Shown here one piece after another: positions 1 to 9,450 of a DNA stretch of 43,811 nt. A model generated the notes under the pieces. That model made no database searches and was not told where the DNA came from. It saw nothing but the letters and a program-made list of their open reading frames with translations. Source of the DNA: an uncultured Candidatus Saccharibacteria bacterium (GTDB lineage Bacteria; Patescibacteriota; Minisyncoccia; Phycocordibacterales; SBAW01); NCBI GenBank assembly GCA_964363205.1, contig CAYIHD010000004.1, forward strand, positions 1 to 43,811. The letters are read 5' to 3'. The first letter of the stretch is position 1. Each line of letters opens with the position of its first letter. A program made the position numbers and the translations under genes.

Positions 1-1537
1 CTTTGCGCATGCGCTCGATGTCGGCATCGGCGAGCCCCGAGCTTGCCTCGATGCGTATAGACTGCTCTTTGTTGGTCGCTTTATCTTTGGCTTTAACGCT
101 CAGGATGCCGTTGGCGTCGACGTCGAAGGTGACCTCCACTTGTGGTAGGCCGCGCGGCGCCGGCGGTATGCCGTCGAGCACAAAGCGCCCGAGCGACTTG
201 TTGTCGGATGCCATGGCGCGCTCACCCTGCGTGATATGGATTTCTACCGAGGTTTGGTTGTCGGCCGCGGTCGAGAATACCTGCGAGCGACTGGTCGGGA
301 TGGTGGTGTTGCGGTCAATCAGCTTGGTTGCAACGCCGCCCATGGTCTCGATGCCGAGGGAGAGCGGAATGACGTCGAGTAGGAGCACGTCGCGTACCTC
401 GCCGCCCAAGATTCCGCCCTGTATGGCGGCGCCGATGGCAACCACCTCGTCGGGATTTACCGACATGTTCGGCTTTTTACCGAAATACTTTTCCACCGCC
501 GCCTGCATGGCCGGCATGCGGGTTTGGCCGCCGACGAGGATGACCTCGTTGATGTCGCCGATTTTAAACGGTGAAGCTTCCATGGCACGTTTGGTGATGG
601 CGAGCGCGCGGTCGATGTACTCCGCAGTCAGTTCCTCCAATTTCGCTCGCGAAATTTTTATAAGAAGATGGCGCGGGCCCGATGAGTCGGAGGTGATAAA
701 TGGAATGTTCACTTCAGACTCTGCGGCGGTGGAGAGCTCAATCTTGGCCTTTTCCGCGGCCTCGTCGAGGCGCTGGCGCGCCAGCGGGTCGTTGCGCACA
801 TCGATGCCGGACTCTTTTTGGAACTCGACCGCAAGCCAGTCGATTATTTTTTGGTCGATATCTTTGCCGCCGAGGTGCGCGTCGCCGTCGGTGGAGCGTA
901 CCTCGATAACATCGGCGCTCACCTCGAGCACCGAGACGTCAAAGGTACCGCCGCCGAAGTCGAACACCACCACTTTCTCGTCCTTTTTCTTGTCAAATCC
1001 GTAGGCAAGCGCCGCCGCGGTCGGCTCGTTGATGATGCGCTTAACATCCAGCCCCGCTATCTTGCCCGCATCGCGGGTAGCGGCGCGCTGTGCGTCGTTA
1101 AAGTACGCCGGCACGGTAATAACCGCCTCGGTAATAGTCTCTCCCAAACGCTTTTCCGCATCGGCTTTGAGTTTGCCGAGTATCATGGCCGAGACTTCCT
1201 CGGAACGCATCCACTGCTCTCCCATTTTTACTTCGATGCCGCCGTTCTGCGACTTGCGCATCTCAAACGGTACCGACGCCTTGTCCTTTTGCACCAGAGC
1301 CTCGTCAAAGCTGTGGCCGATAAAGCGCTTGATTTGGTAGACGGTATTTTTAGGATTGGTGACGGCTTGCCGGCGCGCAATAAGGCCGACCAAGCGCTCG
1401 CCGGTTTTGGATACGGCAACCACCGAGGGCGTGGTGCGCGCTCCTTCGGAATTTTCGAGCACGCGAGGCTCGCCGCCCTGCACTATCGCCGCCGCGGAGT
1501 TAGTGGTGCCCAAGTCGATTCCTAGTATCTTTCCCAT
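1..1537 (-). CDS. dnaK: Chaperone DnaK (Hsp70), N-terminal ~512 codons; the 3' end lies beyond the window edge
   Basis: The minus strand from the ATG at 1537 reads [32 protein letters not shown], a canonical Hsp70 N-terminus. It is absent from the ORF track because it runs off the window. It lies directly downstream of grpE. The + ORFs 3..1004 and 818..1525 are its antisense shadows. Confidence 0.93.
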   Translation of the reverse strand, partial: MGKILGIDLGTTNSAAAIVQGGEPRVLENSEGARTTPSVVAVSKTGERLVGLIARRQAVTNPKNTVYQIKRFIGHSFDEALVQKDKASVPFEMRKSQNGGIEVKMGEQWMRSEEVSAMILGKLKADAEKRLGETITEAVITVPAYFNDAQRAATRDAGKIAGLDVKRIINEPTAAALAYGFDKKKDEKVVVFDFGGGTFDVSVLEVSADVIEVRSTDGDAHLGGKDIDQKIIDWLAVEFQKESGIDVRNDPLARQRLDEAAEKAKIELSTAAESEVNIPFITSDSSGPRHLLIKISRAKLEELTAEYIDRALAITKRAMEASPFKIGDINEVILVGGQTRMPAMQAAVEKYFGKKPNMSVNPDEVVAIGAAIQGGILGGEVRDVLLLDVIPLSLGIETMGGVATKLIDRNTTIPTSRSQVFSTAADNQTSVEIHITQGERAMASDNKSLGRFVLDGIPPAPRGLPQVEVTFDVDANGILSVKAKDKATNKEQSIRIEASSGLADADIERMRK

Positions 1538-1563
1538 AATGATTCGTATTTTATCGAATAAGT

Positions 1564-2061
1564 TTAAATGATGACTTGCGCCGGTCTGATAATTTTATCG
1601 CCTGCTTGCCCGTCTGAATGTATAGCATAGCCGCTGCGTTCTACAGATTCAACTTTATGATTCTCACCCCGCTTCGCCAGTGCTTCGTGCCGATGCGGGT
1701 CAAAGTCCTCGCCTATCGTCCCAAACCGCTCTATACCGAGCTTTTTTAACGAACCGAGGAACTGCTGTTCGAGCATTTTAAGAGCCGGTGTGCCGTCGTG
1801 TTTGACCGAAAGTTCAAGGACATCAAGCGCCGGCAGTATCTCTTCGATAAATTCGGCTTTAATGCGCTCCTGCGACTCTCCGTGCCCTGCGATGGTCTCC
1901 TTTTTGTAGTTGACCAGGTCGGCCCGGGCGCGCTGCCAACCCTCCAGATACTCCTGTTTTTCGGCCACCGCCACTTTGAGCTTTTCGCGGAGCGATTTGA
2001 GCGCGGCAGGGCCTTCTTCGGCCCCCTCTTCAGGCACAAATTCTTCTTCCGAGGAGTCCAT
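1564..2061 (-). CDS. grpE: Nucleotide exchange factor GrpE
   Basis: GrpE-like motifs are present: [34 protein letters not shown]. The track start at 2112 is a TTG overlapping rpsI by 41 nt, so I chose the ATG at 2061 (MDSSEEEF), 10 nt after the rpsI stop. Confidence 0.88.
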   Translation of the reverse strand: MDSSEEEFVPEEGAEEGPAALKSLREKLKVAVAEKQEYLEGWQRARADLVNYKKETIAGHGESQERIKAEFIEEILPALDVLELSVKHDGTPALKMLEQQFLGSLKKLGIERFGTIGEDFDPHRHEALAKRGENHKVESVERSGYAIHSDGQAGDKIIRPAQVII

Positions 2062-2071
2062 GTTTTTAAAA

Positions 2072-2485
2072 TTAGCGTTTACTCCACTGCTTGCGCTTGC
2101 GGGCTTTGACAAAGCCGGCTTTGCGGCGCTCTTTGGCGCGCGGGTCGCGTTTGAGGAACCCTTCCTTTTTCAAAGCGCCGCGTAGGTTGATATCGTACTC
2201 GATAAGTGCGCGCGAAATAGCGTGGCGCACCGCAATAGCCTGCCCTGCGATGCCGCCGCCCTTAACCACAATAGAAACAGCAAACTGCGTCGTGAGCCCG
2301 ACTTTAAGAAATGCCTCGAGTGCCGCCATTTGGAGAGCCGGCGTCGGGAAGTAGTCGTTGACATCCTTGCCGTTGACGATAACGGTCATTTTAGCGGCCG
2401 GCGTGATGCGCGCGCGTGCAATAGCCGTCTTGCGGCGGCCGGTCGCGGCTATATATCTTTCTGTAGTTTTTTCTTTGGTAGCCAT
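2072..2485 (-). CDS. rpsI: 30S ribosomal protein uS9
   Basis: 137 aa with GGGIAGQAIAVRHAISRAL and a C-terminal KRDPRAKERRKAG...KR, typical of uS9. It is adjacent to rplM. Confidence 0.93.
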   Translation of the reverse strand: MATKEKTTERYIAATGRRKTAIARARITPAAKMTVIVNGKDVNDYFPTPALQMAALEAFLKVGLTTQFAVSIVVKGGGIAGQAIAVRHAISRALIEYDINLRGALKKEGFLKRDPRAKERRKAGFVKARKRKQWSKR

Positions 2486-2486
2486 A

Positions 2487-2849
2487 TTAGTTTTTGATTG
2501 TGAGCAGTTTGATGCGGCGCGCTTGAAGCTTGTTCTTCGGGAGCATGCCCATAACCGCGCGGCGGATGGCCTCTTTGTGGCCGCGGCGCGCCTTCCCTAC
2601 CTCCGTCGAAGCAGTCAACATAGCATAGGTCTCCTCTTTTTGCCCGCCCGGGTAGCCGGAGTAGCGCAGGTATGTCTTGGCCTCCTCTTTGTTGCCGGTG
2701 ATTTTTATTTTGGTGGCATTAAGAACGGTCACCTCCTCCCCCACTACCTGATTCTTAACGAACGTAGTTTTGTGCTTGCCGAGCAGCGCCTTAGCCGCAG
2801 CCGAGGCTACGCGTCCGAGAGTTTTGTCTTGTGCATCAATGGTAATCAT
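2487..2849 (-). CDS. rplM: 50S ribosomal protein uL13
   Basis: 120 aa starting MITIDAQDKTLGRVASAAAKALLGKHK, with YSGYPGG and MLPKNKL. This is the classic uL13 in the conserved rplM-rpsI pair. Confidence 0.92.
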   Translation of the reverse strand: MITIDAQDKTLGRVASAAAKALLGKHKTTFVKNQVVGEEVTVLNATKIKITGNKEEAKTYLRYSGYPGGQKEETYAMLTASTEVGKARRGHKEAIRRAVMGMLPKNKLQARRIKLLTIKN

Positions 2850-2877
2850 ACAATTTTATTAGAAGACGGGTTACACA

Positions 2878-3225
2878 TTATACGAATTCGATTACGGCCA
2901 TTTGCGCGGCGTCTCCCGCGCGCGGACCCATCTTGGTGATGCGCAGGTAGCCTCCGGTGCGGTCTTTGTAGGTTGCGGAAGTCTTAAAGAGTTTGGCTAC
3001 CATTCGCTCGTCGCCAAGCTGAGCTATAAGCAGGCGGCGGTTGGCCAGCGTGGCGCTCTTGCCTTTGGTAACCATCTTTTCCACCAACGGGCGGATCTCC
3101 TTGGCTTTGGCCAAAGAGGTCGTCATTTTGCCGCGCAGGAGGAGCGAGCGGGCGAGCGACTTGAGCAAGGCCGCGCGTTGGCCCCTCTCCCGTCCGAATT
3201 TTCTGTTTACATTACCGTGACGCAT
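2878..3225 (-). CDS. rplQ: 50S ribosomal protein bL17
   Basis: 115 aa starting MRHGNVNRKFGRERGQRAALLKSLA, with GGYLRI. It follows rpoA as in the alpha operon. Confidence 0.93.
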   Translation of the reverse strand: MRHGNVNRKFGRERGQRAALLKSLARSLLLRGKMTTSLAKAKEIRPLVEKMVTKGKSATLANRRLLIAQLGDERMVAKLFKTSATYKDRTGGYLRITKMGPRAGDAAQMAVIEFV

Positions 3226-3228
3226 ATA

Positions 3229-4182
3229 TTATTTGAGTACAATCCCGAAGTTCGCCAGAGCGCGTTTGATTTCCTGGATCGACTTCGGTCCGAGGCCTTC
3301 TATGTCAACCAAATCAGCCTCTTTTTTGCGGGCAAGACCGCCGACGGTGCGGATGTTGGCCTTTTCGAGCGCGGAAATAGTGCGGCTCGACAACTCGAGG
3401 TCCTCGACGCGGGTCTTCATCGCCTCGGTCGAGTCGATGACCGGCGCGGCGGCGCCGGACGCTTCTTTGCCGAGTACTTCGCTTTGCGGTTCCTCGCGGA
3501 AGCCGACTATGGCCTTAAGCTGAGTAATCATTATTTCTATCGACTGCTCGAGCGCCGCCTTTGGCGTAAGCGTGCCGTCGGTTTCGATGGAGATGCGCAG
3601 GCGGTTAAAGTCGGTGCGGTCGCCGACGCGCATGTTCTCTACCTCGTAGTTGACGCGGCGTATCGGAGAAAAGATGGCATCAACCGATATCTCGCCTATT
3701 TCGACGCGGTCCTTTTTGTGCGCCTCGCGCGGCACGTAGCCTAAGCCCCGTGAGACATGGAACTCCGCCTTAAGCTCTGTTTTGTCGGTTATTTCGGCTA
3801 TGTAGGAGTTGGGGTTGAGCAAGCGGACTTGGCCGGGGAGCGACAAGTCGCCGCCGGAAACTTTTTTCGGGCCTTTGATTGAGAGAGAAATCGTCTGCGG
3901 CTCGTCCGTCAAAATTTCGAAGCGGAGCTTCTTGAGGTTGAGCAGGATAGTGACGACATCCTCGCGGATGCCGGGAATGGTGGAGAACTCGTGCTCGACG
4001 CCCTCTATTTTTACGCTCGTGACCGCCGCACCCGGAAGCGAGGAGAGCACAATGCGGCGCAGTGAGTTGCCGAGCGTGTGTCCGTAGCCCGGATACAAAC
4101 CGTCTATCTCATAAACGCCCTCGAACTCGGCCTCAGAAACCACGCGCGGTTTAGAGGGCAGTGCTATAGAATATTCCATCAT
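3229..4182 (-). CDS. rpoA: DNA-directed RNA polymerase subunit alpha
   Basis: 317 aa. The N-terminal domain has LGNSLRRIVLSSLPGAAV and the C-terminal domain has LELSSRTISALEKANIRTVGGL. Its position between rpsD and rplQ fits. Confidence 0.95.
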   Translation of the reverse strand: MMEYSIALPSKPRVVSEAEFEGVYEIDGLYPGYGHTLGNSLRRIVLSSLPGAAVTSVKIEGVEHEFSTIPGIREDVVTILLNLKKLRFEILTDEPQTISLSIKGPKKVSGGDLSLPGQVRLLNPNSYIAEITDKTELKAEFHVSRGLGYVPREAHKKDRVEIGEISVDAIFSPIRRVNYEVENMRVGDRTDFNRLRISIETDGTLTPKAALEQSIEIMITQLKAIVGFREEPQSEVLGKEASGAAAPVIDSTEAMKTRVEDLELSSRTISALEKANIRTVGGLARKKEADLVDIEGLGPKSIQEIKRALANFGIVLK

Positions 4183-4217
4183 AACTCAATCTATATTCTT
4201 ATAATTAATAATTACTA

Positions 4218-4823
4218 CTAGCGGCTGTAAAACTGGATGATGACCGGTGCCGAAAACGGCGCCTCACCCTCCCCGATTGTCGGGTCTGCCTCCACGACGA
4301 TGGCAAAACCTTTATCGTCAAACTTCATCCACTGCGGCGCCTTTGTCAGGGCCTCGTCAGTGCGATTTACAAAGAGAGCGCTGTCGCGGCTCTCCGGACG
4401 GACGCTCACCGTCATTCCTTTTTCTACTTTAAACGAGGGGATGTTTACGCGGCGGCCGTTTACGAGTATGTGGCCGTGGCCGACCATTTGGCGCGCGGCG
4501 CGGCGTGTTTTAACAAATCCTGCGCGGTAAACGACGTTGTCGAGGCGCGACTCAAGGCGCGTCAGCAAACCGGTAACAGAGTCTTTACCCTTCTTTTCCA
4601 TCGCCTCGTGCACGTAGCGGGAGAACTGCGACTCCGAGAGGCCGTAAGTAAAGCGGGCCTTCTGCTTTTCGAGCAGCTGCACGCCGAAGTCGCTGCCGCC
4701 GCGGCGGCGGGCCACTTTGCGCGGAGCGCGCGCCTCAGCGAGTTGGAACTTTTGCGTTTGGCACTTCTCAAATACGGAAGCGCCGAGGCGTTTGCAGATT
4801 TTATATTTTGGTCCCAGTAGCAT
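4218..4823 (-). CDS. rpsD: 30S ribosomal protein uS4
   Basis: 201 aa with GPKYKICKRLG, RLDNVVYRAGF and an S4 RNA-binding-domain region (HGHILVNGRRVNIPSF). Confidence 0.93.
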   Translation of the reverse strand: MLLGPKYKICKRLGASVFEKCQTQKFQLAEARAPRKVARRRGGSDFGVQLLEKQKARFTYGLSESQFSRYVHEAMEKKGKDSVTGLLTRLESRLDNVVYRAGFVKTRRAARQMVGHGHILVNGRRVNIPSFKVEKGMTVSVRPESRDSALFVNRTDEALTKAPQWMKFDDKGFAIVVEADPTIGEGEAPFSAPVIIQFYSR

Positions 4824-4829
4824 AAATTT

Positions 4830-5255
4830 TTATATACGGCGGGCTTTCGGCGGGCGTGGCCCGTTGTGCGGCACCGGCGTCATGTCTTTGATAGAGGTAA
4901 TCTGGATGCCCTTGGTCGAAAAGGCGCGTATCGATGACTCGCGTCCGGCGCCCACGCCCGAGACAACTACGGAGACGTCTTTTACGCCCATGGCGGCGGC
5001 GCGCTCGCCCACCAGCTCGCCTACTTTGGCGGCGGCAAACGGCGTGCCCTTTTTGGCGCCGGAAAATCCGAGCGAACCGGATGAGGACCAGGTGACAATA
5101 TTGCCGGACTTATCGCCCAGCGCTATTTTGGTGTTGTTAAAGGTGGCCTCGACAAAAAGTATGCCGGTGTCGAGCTTGCGCTTGGAGCGCGACGAAGAAG
5201 CCGCGCTTGCGGCGCCGTCGCCTCCACCTTTTTTAACTATACGTTTCTTTCCCAT
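4830..5255 (-). CDS. rpsK: 30S ribosomal protein uS11
   Basis: 141 aa with ATFNNTKIALGD, GFSGAKKGTPFAA and a C-terminal DMTPVPHNGPRPPKARR. Confidence 0.93.
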   Translation of the reverse strand: MGKKRIVKKGGGDGAASAASSSRSKRKLDTGILFVEATFNNTKIALGDKSGNIVTWSSSGSLGFSGAKKGTPFAAAKVGELVGERAAAMGVKDVSVVVSGVGAGRESSIRAFSTKGIQITSIKDMTPVPHNGPRPPKARRI

Positions 5256-5281
5256 TTTAAATGTTTAAATCTTGAAATATT

Positions 5282-5659
5282 TTACGTCTTGCTTTCCTTG
5301 CGGCGACCGGAACCCATGGTCTTGCGCACGTTGCCGCGTACGGTGCGGGAGTTGGTCTTGGTGCGCTGTCCGCGCGTCGGCAGGCGTTTTGTGTGGCGTA
5401 CGCCGCGGTACGCGCCGATGTCCTTGAGCCGCTTGATGTTGCCCGAGACGTCGCGCTTGAGGTCGCCCTCGAGCTTGAGTCCCTCTAGTTGTTTGCGGAT
5501 CGCGTTCTCCTCATCCGCTGTCAGCTCGTCTGCTTTTTTTTGCAGGTCAATTTTGGCCGCGGTAAGTATCGAGGCCGAGCGGGAGGGGCCCACGCCGTAC
5601 AGAGCCGTCAAAGCAAAGACGACACGTTTATTAGGGATGGTAATGCCTGAAATTCTCAT
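5282..5659 (-). CDS. rpsM: 30S ribosomal protein uS13
   Basis: The internal ATG at 5659 gives MRISGITIPNKRVVFALTALYGVG and YRGVRHTKRLPTRGQRTKTNSRT. The longer track ORF (to 5737) would overlap rpmJ. Confidence 0.92.
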   Translation of the reverse strand: MRISGITIPNKRVVFALTALYGVGPSRSASILTAAKIDLQKKADELTADEENAIRKQLEGLKLEGDLKRDVSGNIKRLKDIGAYRGVRHTKRLPTRGQRTKTNSRTVRGNVRKTMGSGRRKESKT

Positions 5660-5661
5660 GA

Positions 5662-5775
5662 TTAGCCTTGGCGTTGCTTGTGGCGCGGATTGACGCACAC
5701 GACATAAATCCGCCCTTTCCGGCGGACCATTTTGCAAGTCGCGCAGCGCGCGTGTATGGACGATTTAACCTTCAT
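5662..5775 (-). CDS. rpmJ: 50S ribosomal protein bL36
   Basis: My hand translation of the minus strand gives [37 protein letters not shown] (37 aa). It is too short for the ORF track. It sits in the canonical position between infA and rpsM. Confidence 0.9.
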   Translation of the reverse strand: MKVKSSIHARCATCKMVRRKGRIYVVCVNPRHKQRQG

Positions 5776-5796
5776 CTTTATATGGTATGTACGTTG

Positions 5797-6006
5797 CTAC
5801 AGTCGCCTTGTTATACGTGCTTTGCCGCCGTACGGGTCAAGTTTGAGGAGGACCTTGTCCCCCACCAACACTTTAATCCGATGCAGCCGCATTTTGCCCG
5901 CAAGATAACACAACACCACCTCACCGCTCTCCAAAGAGACTTTGAACAACGTATTAGGCAGAGCATCCTCAACGACGCCCTGTATTTCTGGTGCTTTGCT
6001 ATCCAT
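5797..6006 (-). CDS. infA: Translation initiation factor IF-1
   Basis: 69 aa with an S1-like fold sequence: EIQGVVEDALPNTLFKVSLESGEVVLCYLAGKMRLHRIKVLVGDKV. Confidence 0.93.
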   Translation of the reverse strand: MDSKAPEIQGVVEDALPNTLFKVSLESGEVVLCYLAGKMRLHRIKVLVGDKVLLKLDPYGGKARITRRL

Positions 6007-6020
6007 TAACGACGTTTTTC

Positions 6021-6049
6021 ATCCTAACCTATGCTCAAATAAGTGTCAA
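6021..6049 (-). promoter_or_regulatory. Candidate sigma70-type promoter for infA-rpmJ-rpsM...
   Basis: The minus strand reads TTGACA (6049..6044), a 17-nt spacer, then TAGGAT (6026..6021), 14 nt upstream of the infA ATG. Confidence 0.5.
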
Positions 6050-6102
6050 ACCCGCCGGTAGCCCAAAATAAGGGTATTCTGGCTACCCCTTGACAAACCA
6101 CC

Positions 6103-7356
6103 CTATTTCTCCTCCACTACTTTGATTGAGATTTTGGTTATGTCGCCCGGGAACTTTCCGTGCCAGAACGGGCGTATGCTCGCGTCTGCTTTTGTTATCG
6201 CCGGCTGGAAGGACCGCACGACATCCTGGAACTCTGTTTTGCCCTTCCCCAACAGCGTCGCGACAAGCGCGTTTTTATCGAACTGCCATATCAGCGTGGC
6301 GTTGCCTTTAAGCGCGAGCGTAATAGTGCCGTCGGAGCGCCTGCTGGTGGTAGCGAGCGACAGGTCCATGTTTGACACGTCGCCAAAGAGCACCGGCTCG
6401 CCGTTGTAGGTTTTTAGCTCACTTCTGGCTATCGCGGCCGCGAGGTCGCCTTGGCGCATGATAATTCCCGTAGCCGAGGCGCTTTGGCTGAGCGTGGCTG
6501 TGTTGTTTGCGCCCGGTGTCTGCGTCAGGTCCATAAAGGAGACCGCGAGCGTGCCCGGTATCGCTACGGAGCCTTCCGGAATTCCGGCCGCGGCCGCGGC
6601 GCGCGCGTCGGCGTCGAGTTTTTGCTGGAGAGCGGTTTTGGCGGCGTTAAGGTCGCTGTCGGCTATCGCCGGCTCGTCTCCGGTAAACCCTCCGCTTATC
6701 GCGCCTTCCGCTGTGGCGGAAAACTTGCTGTAACGCGGGTCGCCCTTAAAGCCGGGGATGGTAAAGACCGCTCCGGCGGATTTGTTGTAATCGGGGCCGG
6801 CGGAGTCGGCGTACACGGTCGCGGTGGCGGTACCCGGCTTCGCCGCGCTTCCGCCCGGCACGGTAATCGAGTCGCGGACGCGGTAAATTTTGCCGTCTTG
6901 AGCCTCAAAGCGCGTATTGGCGATAAGGCGCTGGCTTGCGGAGCTGAAACTGTTGCTGACCGTCAGTACGCCGCTTGCAGGGCGCGAGACCTTTTTGGTG
7001 CCGGATGCCGGCACAGACACCGATGCGGAGCGCGTCACGGATATGGTTTGGTACGGCAATGTGCCCATGGGCGCGTTGGGCTGTGCCAACAGCGTCGCCG
7101 GAAGAGATACCTTTTCGATACGGGGATATACCACGATGGTCGCGCCCGCAAACACGGTGGAAATAAGGATGCCGAACAGAGCGCACACTGCCACCACCCC
7201 GGCCGCTATGTACAAAAAGCGCCTTGACCGGCGGCGGCGCGGACGCGGGTGCATATCCTCCTCAGGCTCAATACGCGCGCGTGCCCGGCGGTGCAAAGGG
7301 ATGTTGCGGATGGACCGCTCGCCGGCGTCTTCGCTTGAGTTCCGGATATCGCGCAT
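6103..7356 (-). CDS. Membrane-anchored hypothetical protein, possibly of the baseplate J/gp47-like family common in CPR genomes
   Basis: 417 aa. It has a basic N-terminus, then one TM helix (FLYIAAGVVAVCALFGILISTVF), then a Ser/Thr/Ala-rich beta-type domain (ANTRFEAQDGKIYRV, FTIPGFKGDPRY). The family name comes from memory of similar CPR proteins and is not verified. Confidence 0.7.
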   Translation of the reverse strand: MRDIRNSSEDAGERSIRNIPLHRRARARIEPEEDMHPRPRRRRSRRFLYIAAGVVAVCALFGILISTVFAGATIVVYPRIEKVSLPATLLAQPNAPMGTLPYQTISVTRSASVSVPASGTKKVSRPASGVLTVSNSFSSASQRLIANTRFEAQDGKIYRVRDSITVPGGSAAKPGTATATVYADSAGPDYNKSAGAVFTIPGFKGDPRYSKFSATAEGAISGGFTGDEPAIADSDLNAAKTALQQKLDADARAAAAAGIPEGSVAIPGTLAVSFMDLTQTPGANNTATLSQSASATGIIMRQGDLAAAIARSELKTYNGEPVLFGDVSNMDLSLATTSRRSDGTITLALKGNATLIWQFDKNALVATLLGKGKTEFQDVVRSFQPAITKADASIRPFWHGKFPGDITKISIKVVEEK

Positions 7357-7380
7357 ATGCGTTTAGTATACCCCCGTTGA

Positions 7381-8340
7381 TTAGTTATTAGAATGGCTGT
7401 CAACAAAGAGCGCGTCAAGCATCAGCATAAGGTCCGGATTTTCCGCATGCGCTTCGATATGCGGGGTCAGGTGATGCGACCGCACCGCGCGCACTTCTCC
7501 GCCCTCCGGAAAGAGCTCCGCCAGAGATTCGTCCATTGACACTGCCTGCGCAAACCACTCTCCTATCGGCTCGTGGCCTATGACGCGTACGCGGAACACG
7601 TCGCCGGGACTGAGGAGCTCTTGTGTCGCGTCTTTAAACTGTCCGGCAAAGTGCGCCGCCGCCGATGCAAACGGCTCTTTGGTGCGGGGCGTTCCAAACG
7701 GGAGGCGCGCTGCGGACCGCGCCTCGGCCTCCGATATGCCGCCGTGCGTGCGCAGGGTGCGCAAAAGCGAGTTGAACCCGGTCGGTATCGTGGCGTGCGC
7801 CCGCACGCCCTCGTTGTCCATGCGCATAAGCTCGGAGACCTCGCCGGTAATACTGCACACCAAGCACGGTTCGGGCGCAAACAGAGCGCGCGCGCCGAAC
7901 GCCGCCGCGCCGGCGGAGGTATAAAAAGACACCGGTATATCCTCGAACGCCGCTCCTATTTCGCTACGCACATATTGCGACATTTCCTGCATAAAGTCGG
8001 GTGTGCCGCTCTCCAGGTTGGGTTTGCCCCACGGCGGCGACAAAAATACGGCCGCCAAGCCGACCTGCCCGAGCGGCGCCGCTTTAGGACTCAACCGTAC
8101 GCGGGCGGCCACCTCGGCGGCATTACGCACGGCATCGCGGGCGGCATTTTGTATGTCAGAAGACAGCTTAGTGCCGCTGCGGCTCATGGAGAGCGGCGCG
8201 TGCGAGCGCATCTCGCCGAAGAGTTTAGGCTGTTTTTGTCCGGCAAACCGCGCGAGCGCGCTCCCCACGCTCCCGCTCTCGACATCGAGTATAAGAACGG
8301 TCCTTTCGGTATCTTTTTTTCCGCCAAACAGTGGAGTCAT
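7381..8340 (-). CDS. Hypothetical protein, possibly ASKHA/actin-like fold
   Basis: 319 aa. The N-terminal VLILDVESGSVGSAL resembles a phosphate-1 motif of actin/Hsp70-like ATPases. I recognise no other motif. Confidence 0.65.
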   Translation of the reverse strand: MTPLFGGKKDTERTVLILDVESGSVGSALARFAGQKQPKLFGEMRSHAPLSMSRSGTKLSSDIQNAARDAVRNAAEVAARVRLSPKAAPLGQVGLAAVFLSPPWGKPNLESGTPDFMQEMSQYVRSEIGAAFEDIPVSFYTSAGAAAFGARALFAPEPCLVCSITGEVSELMRMDNEGVRAHATIPTGFNSLLRTLRTHGGISEAEARSAARLPFGTPRTKEPFASAAAHFAGQFKDATQELLSPGDVFRVRVIGHEPIGEWFAQAVSMDESLAELFPEGGEVRAVRSHHLTPHIEAHAENPDLMLMLDALFVDSHSNN

Positions 8341-8348
8341 TGCTGAAA

Positions 8349-8392
8349 GTATACCCCATGAGATAGGTATTCTGTTATCTCACGGGGTATAC
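8349..8392 (-). promoter_or_regulatory. 17-bp inverted repeat (16/17, 10-nt spacer) overlapping a -10-like TATACT just upstream of the 319-aa gene
   Basis: Arms 8349..8365 (gtataccccatgagata) and 8376..8392 (tatctcacggggtatac). The single mismatch becomes a G.U pair in minus-strand RNA. The TATACT lies 7 nt from the ATG at 8340. Confidence 0.6.
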
Positions 8393-8395
8393 CGC

Positions 8396-8428
8396 GAAAA
8401 GAAAAAGGCGCCCTTTTTAAGGGGCGCC
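8396..8428 (-). terminator. Intrinsic terminator after the patatin-like gene
   Basis: Stem GGCGCCC (8407..8413) pairs with GGGCGCC (8422..8428). On the minus strand it is followed by TTTTTCTTTT. Confidence 0.75.
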
Positions 8429-8438
8429 GTTGCTTGTT

Positions 8439-9410
8439 TCAGCGGGTTTCTTCCTTAATAAGCCGGGTCATCCAGGCTTCGGCATCTTTGGCCGCCTTTT
8501 GGAGCTTTTGGGCATCCGTTTCGATTGCCGCAATAGTGTCATTAGCCCAAATGATGCCCCAGCGGCCTTGCCAATTGCGGAGAAAGTCGACTCCTTCCCT
8601 GAAACGCTCTTCCCGGGTGGCAAAGTCCTGTCTCAGCCTGTCGCACTCGTCGTTGGTCGCCCACCTTGTGAGCAGCTGTTCAACGACATGGCTGCGGTCG
8701 TCTTCGGCCCGGTTGGCCATGACCAAAATATCGGTCGGATTGAGCTCGCGCACGATGAGCTCAATGTCGCAGGGCATGGCGCCGACGCCATCCTCGTACT
8801 CGATGTCGTCGATGGAGACTTTGCCGTTGGAGACGCCGGGCAGAGCGATACCCGCTCGAAAAGCTTCGATAGGATCGGCAAGCTTTTTGGCGTCGAGCAG
8901 CATGCCTTCGCCGTCGTGGCACCGCACCACTACCACCTGGCAACCTGTCCTCGATTTGAGAAAGGCTTCAAGATCCGCGGCCTTGTTGCCCTCGACGCCG
9001 CGGAACACTTTGCACAGGTATTCGATATCCATGAGATGGCGGTCGCCGAAGCTTTTGATGCCGAGCTGCGAGAGCAGAGTTTTGGCGCCGTCGAGGAAAT
9101 GCACCGGGATAAACTTTCCCGACAGGCACTCCTCCCAGTAGATGGTGACGCCGACCTCCGGATTGTCGCCGAGGAAGTAGAGTACTCCCGGGCCTCCGGT
9201 TGAAACGGCCACAGCATGGTCGAACGAGTCCTTATAGCCGTTCTTGTGGAGCGCTGTCAGGTAGCCGCCGCTGTAGACGCCGCGGAACACGCCCGACAGC
9301 ACTACGAGCACAGGCCGGATTTGTTCGTGCCCGACAGGATTCTTACTCTGCAGGTAATTGCGTTTAATCTGCAGGTGCTTGATGACCGAACCTCTGCGTT
9401 CGAGGCGCAT
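8439..9410 (-). CDS. Patatin-like phospholipase family protein (variant motifs)
   Basis: 323 aa. The oxyanion-hole-like LSGVFRGVYSGG matches GGxRG. The nucleophile elbow is AVSTGG (GxSxG with Ala in place of the first Gly). The catalytic Asp block is EDGVGAMP (DG[AG]). The spacing and order fit a patatin Ser-Asp dyad. Confidence 0.6.
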   Translation of the reverse strand: MRLERRGSVIKHLQIKRNYLQSKNPVGHEQIRPVLVVLSGVFRGVYSGGYLTALHKNGYKDSFDHAVAVSTGGPGVLYFLGDNPEVGVTIYWEECLSGKFIPVHFLDGAKTLLSQLGIKSFGDRHLMDIEYLCKVFRGVEGNKAADLEAFLKSRTGCQVVVVRCHDGEGMLLDAKKLADPIEAFRAGIALPGVSNGKVSIDDIEYEDGVGAMPCDIELIVRELNPTDILVMANRAEDDRSHVVEQLLTRWATNDECDRLRQDFATREERFREGVDFLRNWQGRWGIIWANDTIAAIETDAQKLQKAAKDAEAWMTRLIKEETR

Positions 9411-9450
9411 GGACTCCCCCTATGTTTGCTGTACAGATATCTAAAATAAT

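Noticed and set aside
3-1525. The + strand ORFs 3..1004 and 818..1525.
   Set aside because: They are antisense to an unmistakable dnaK reading frame ([14 protein letters not shown]... from 1537). Their composition is Ser/Arg/Ala-rich noise.
8439-9410. CBASS system, because of the patatin-like effector.
   Set aside because: No CD-NTase-like gene is recognisable nearby: no convincing GS...DxD nucleotidyltransferase motif, and no HORMA/TRIP13-sized or E1/E2/JAB genes. The AAA+ protein is about twice the size of a TRIP13-like ATPase and of different architecture.
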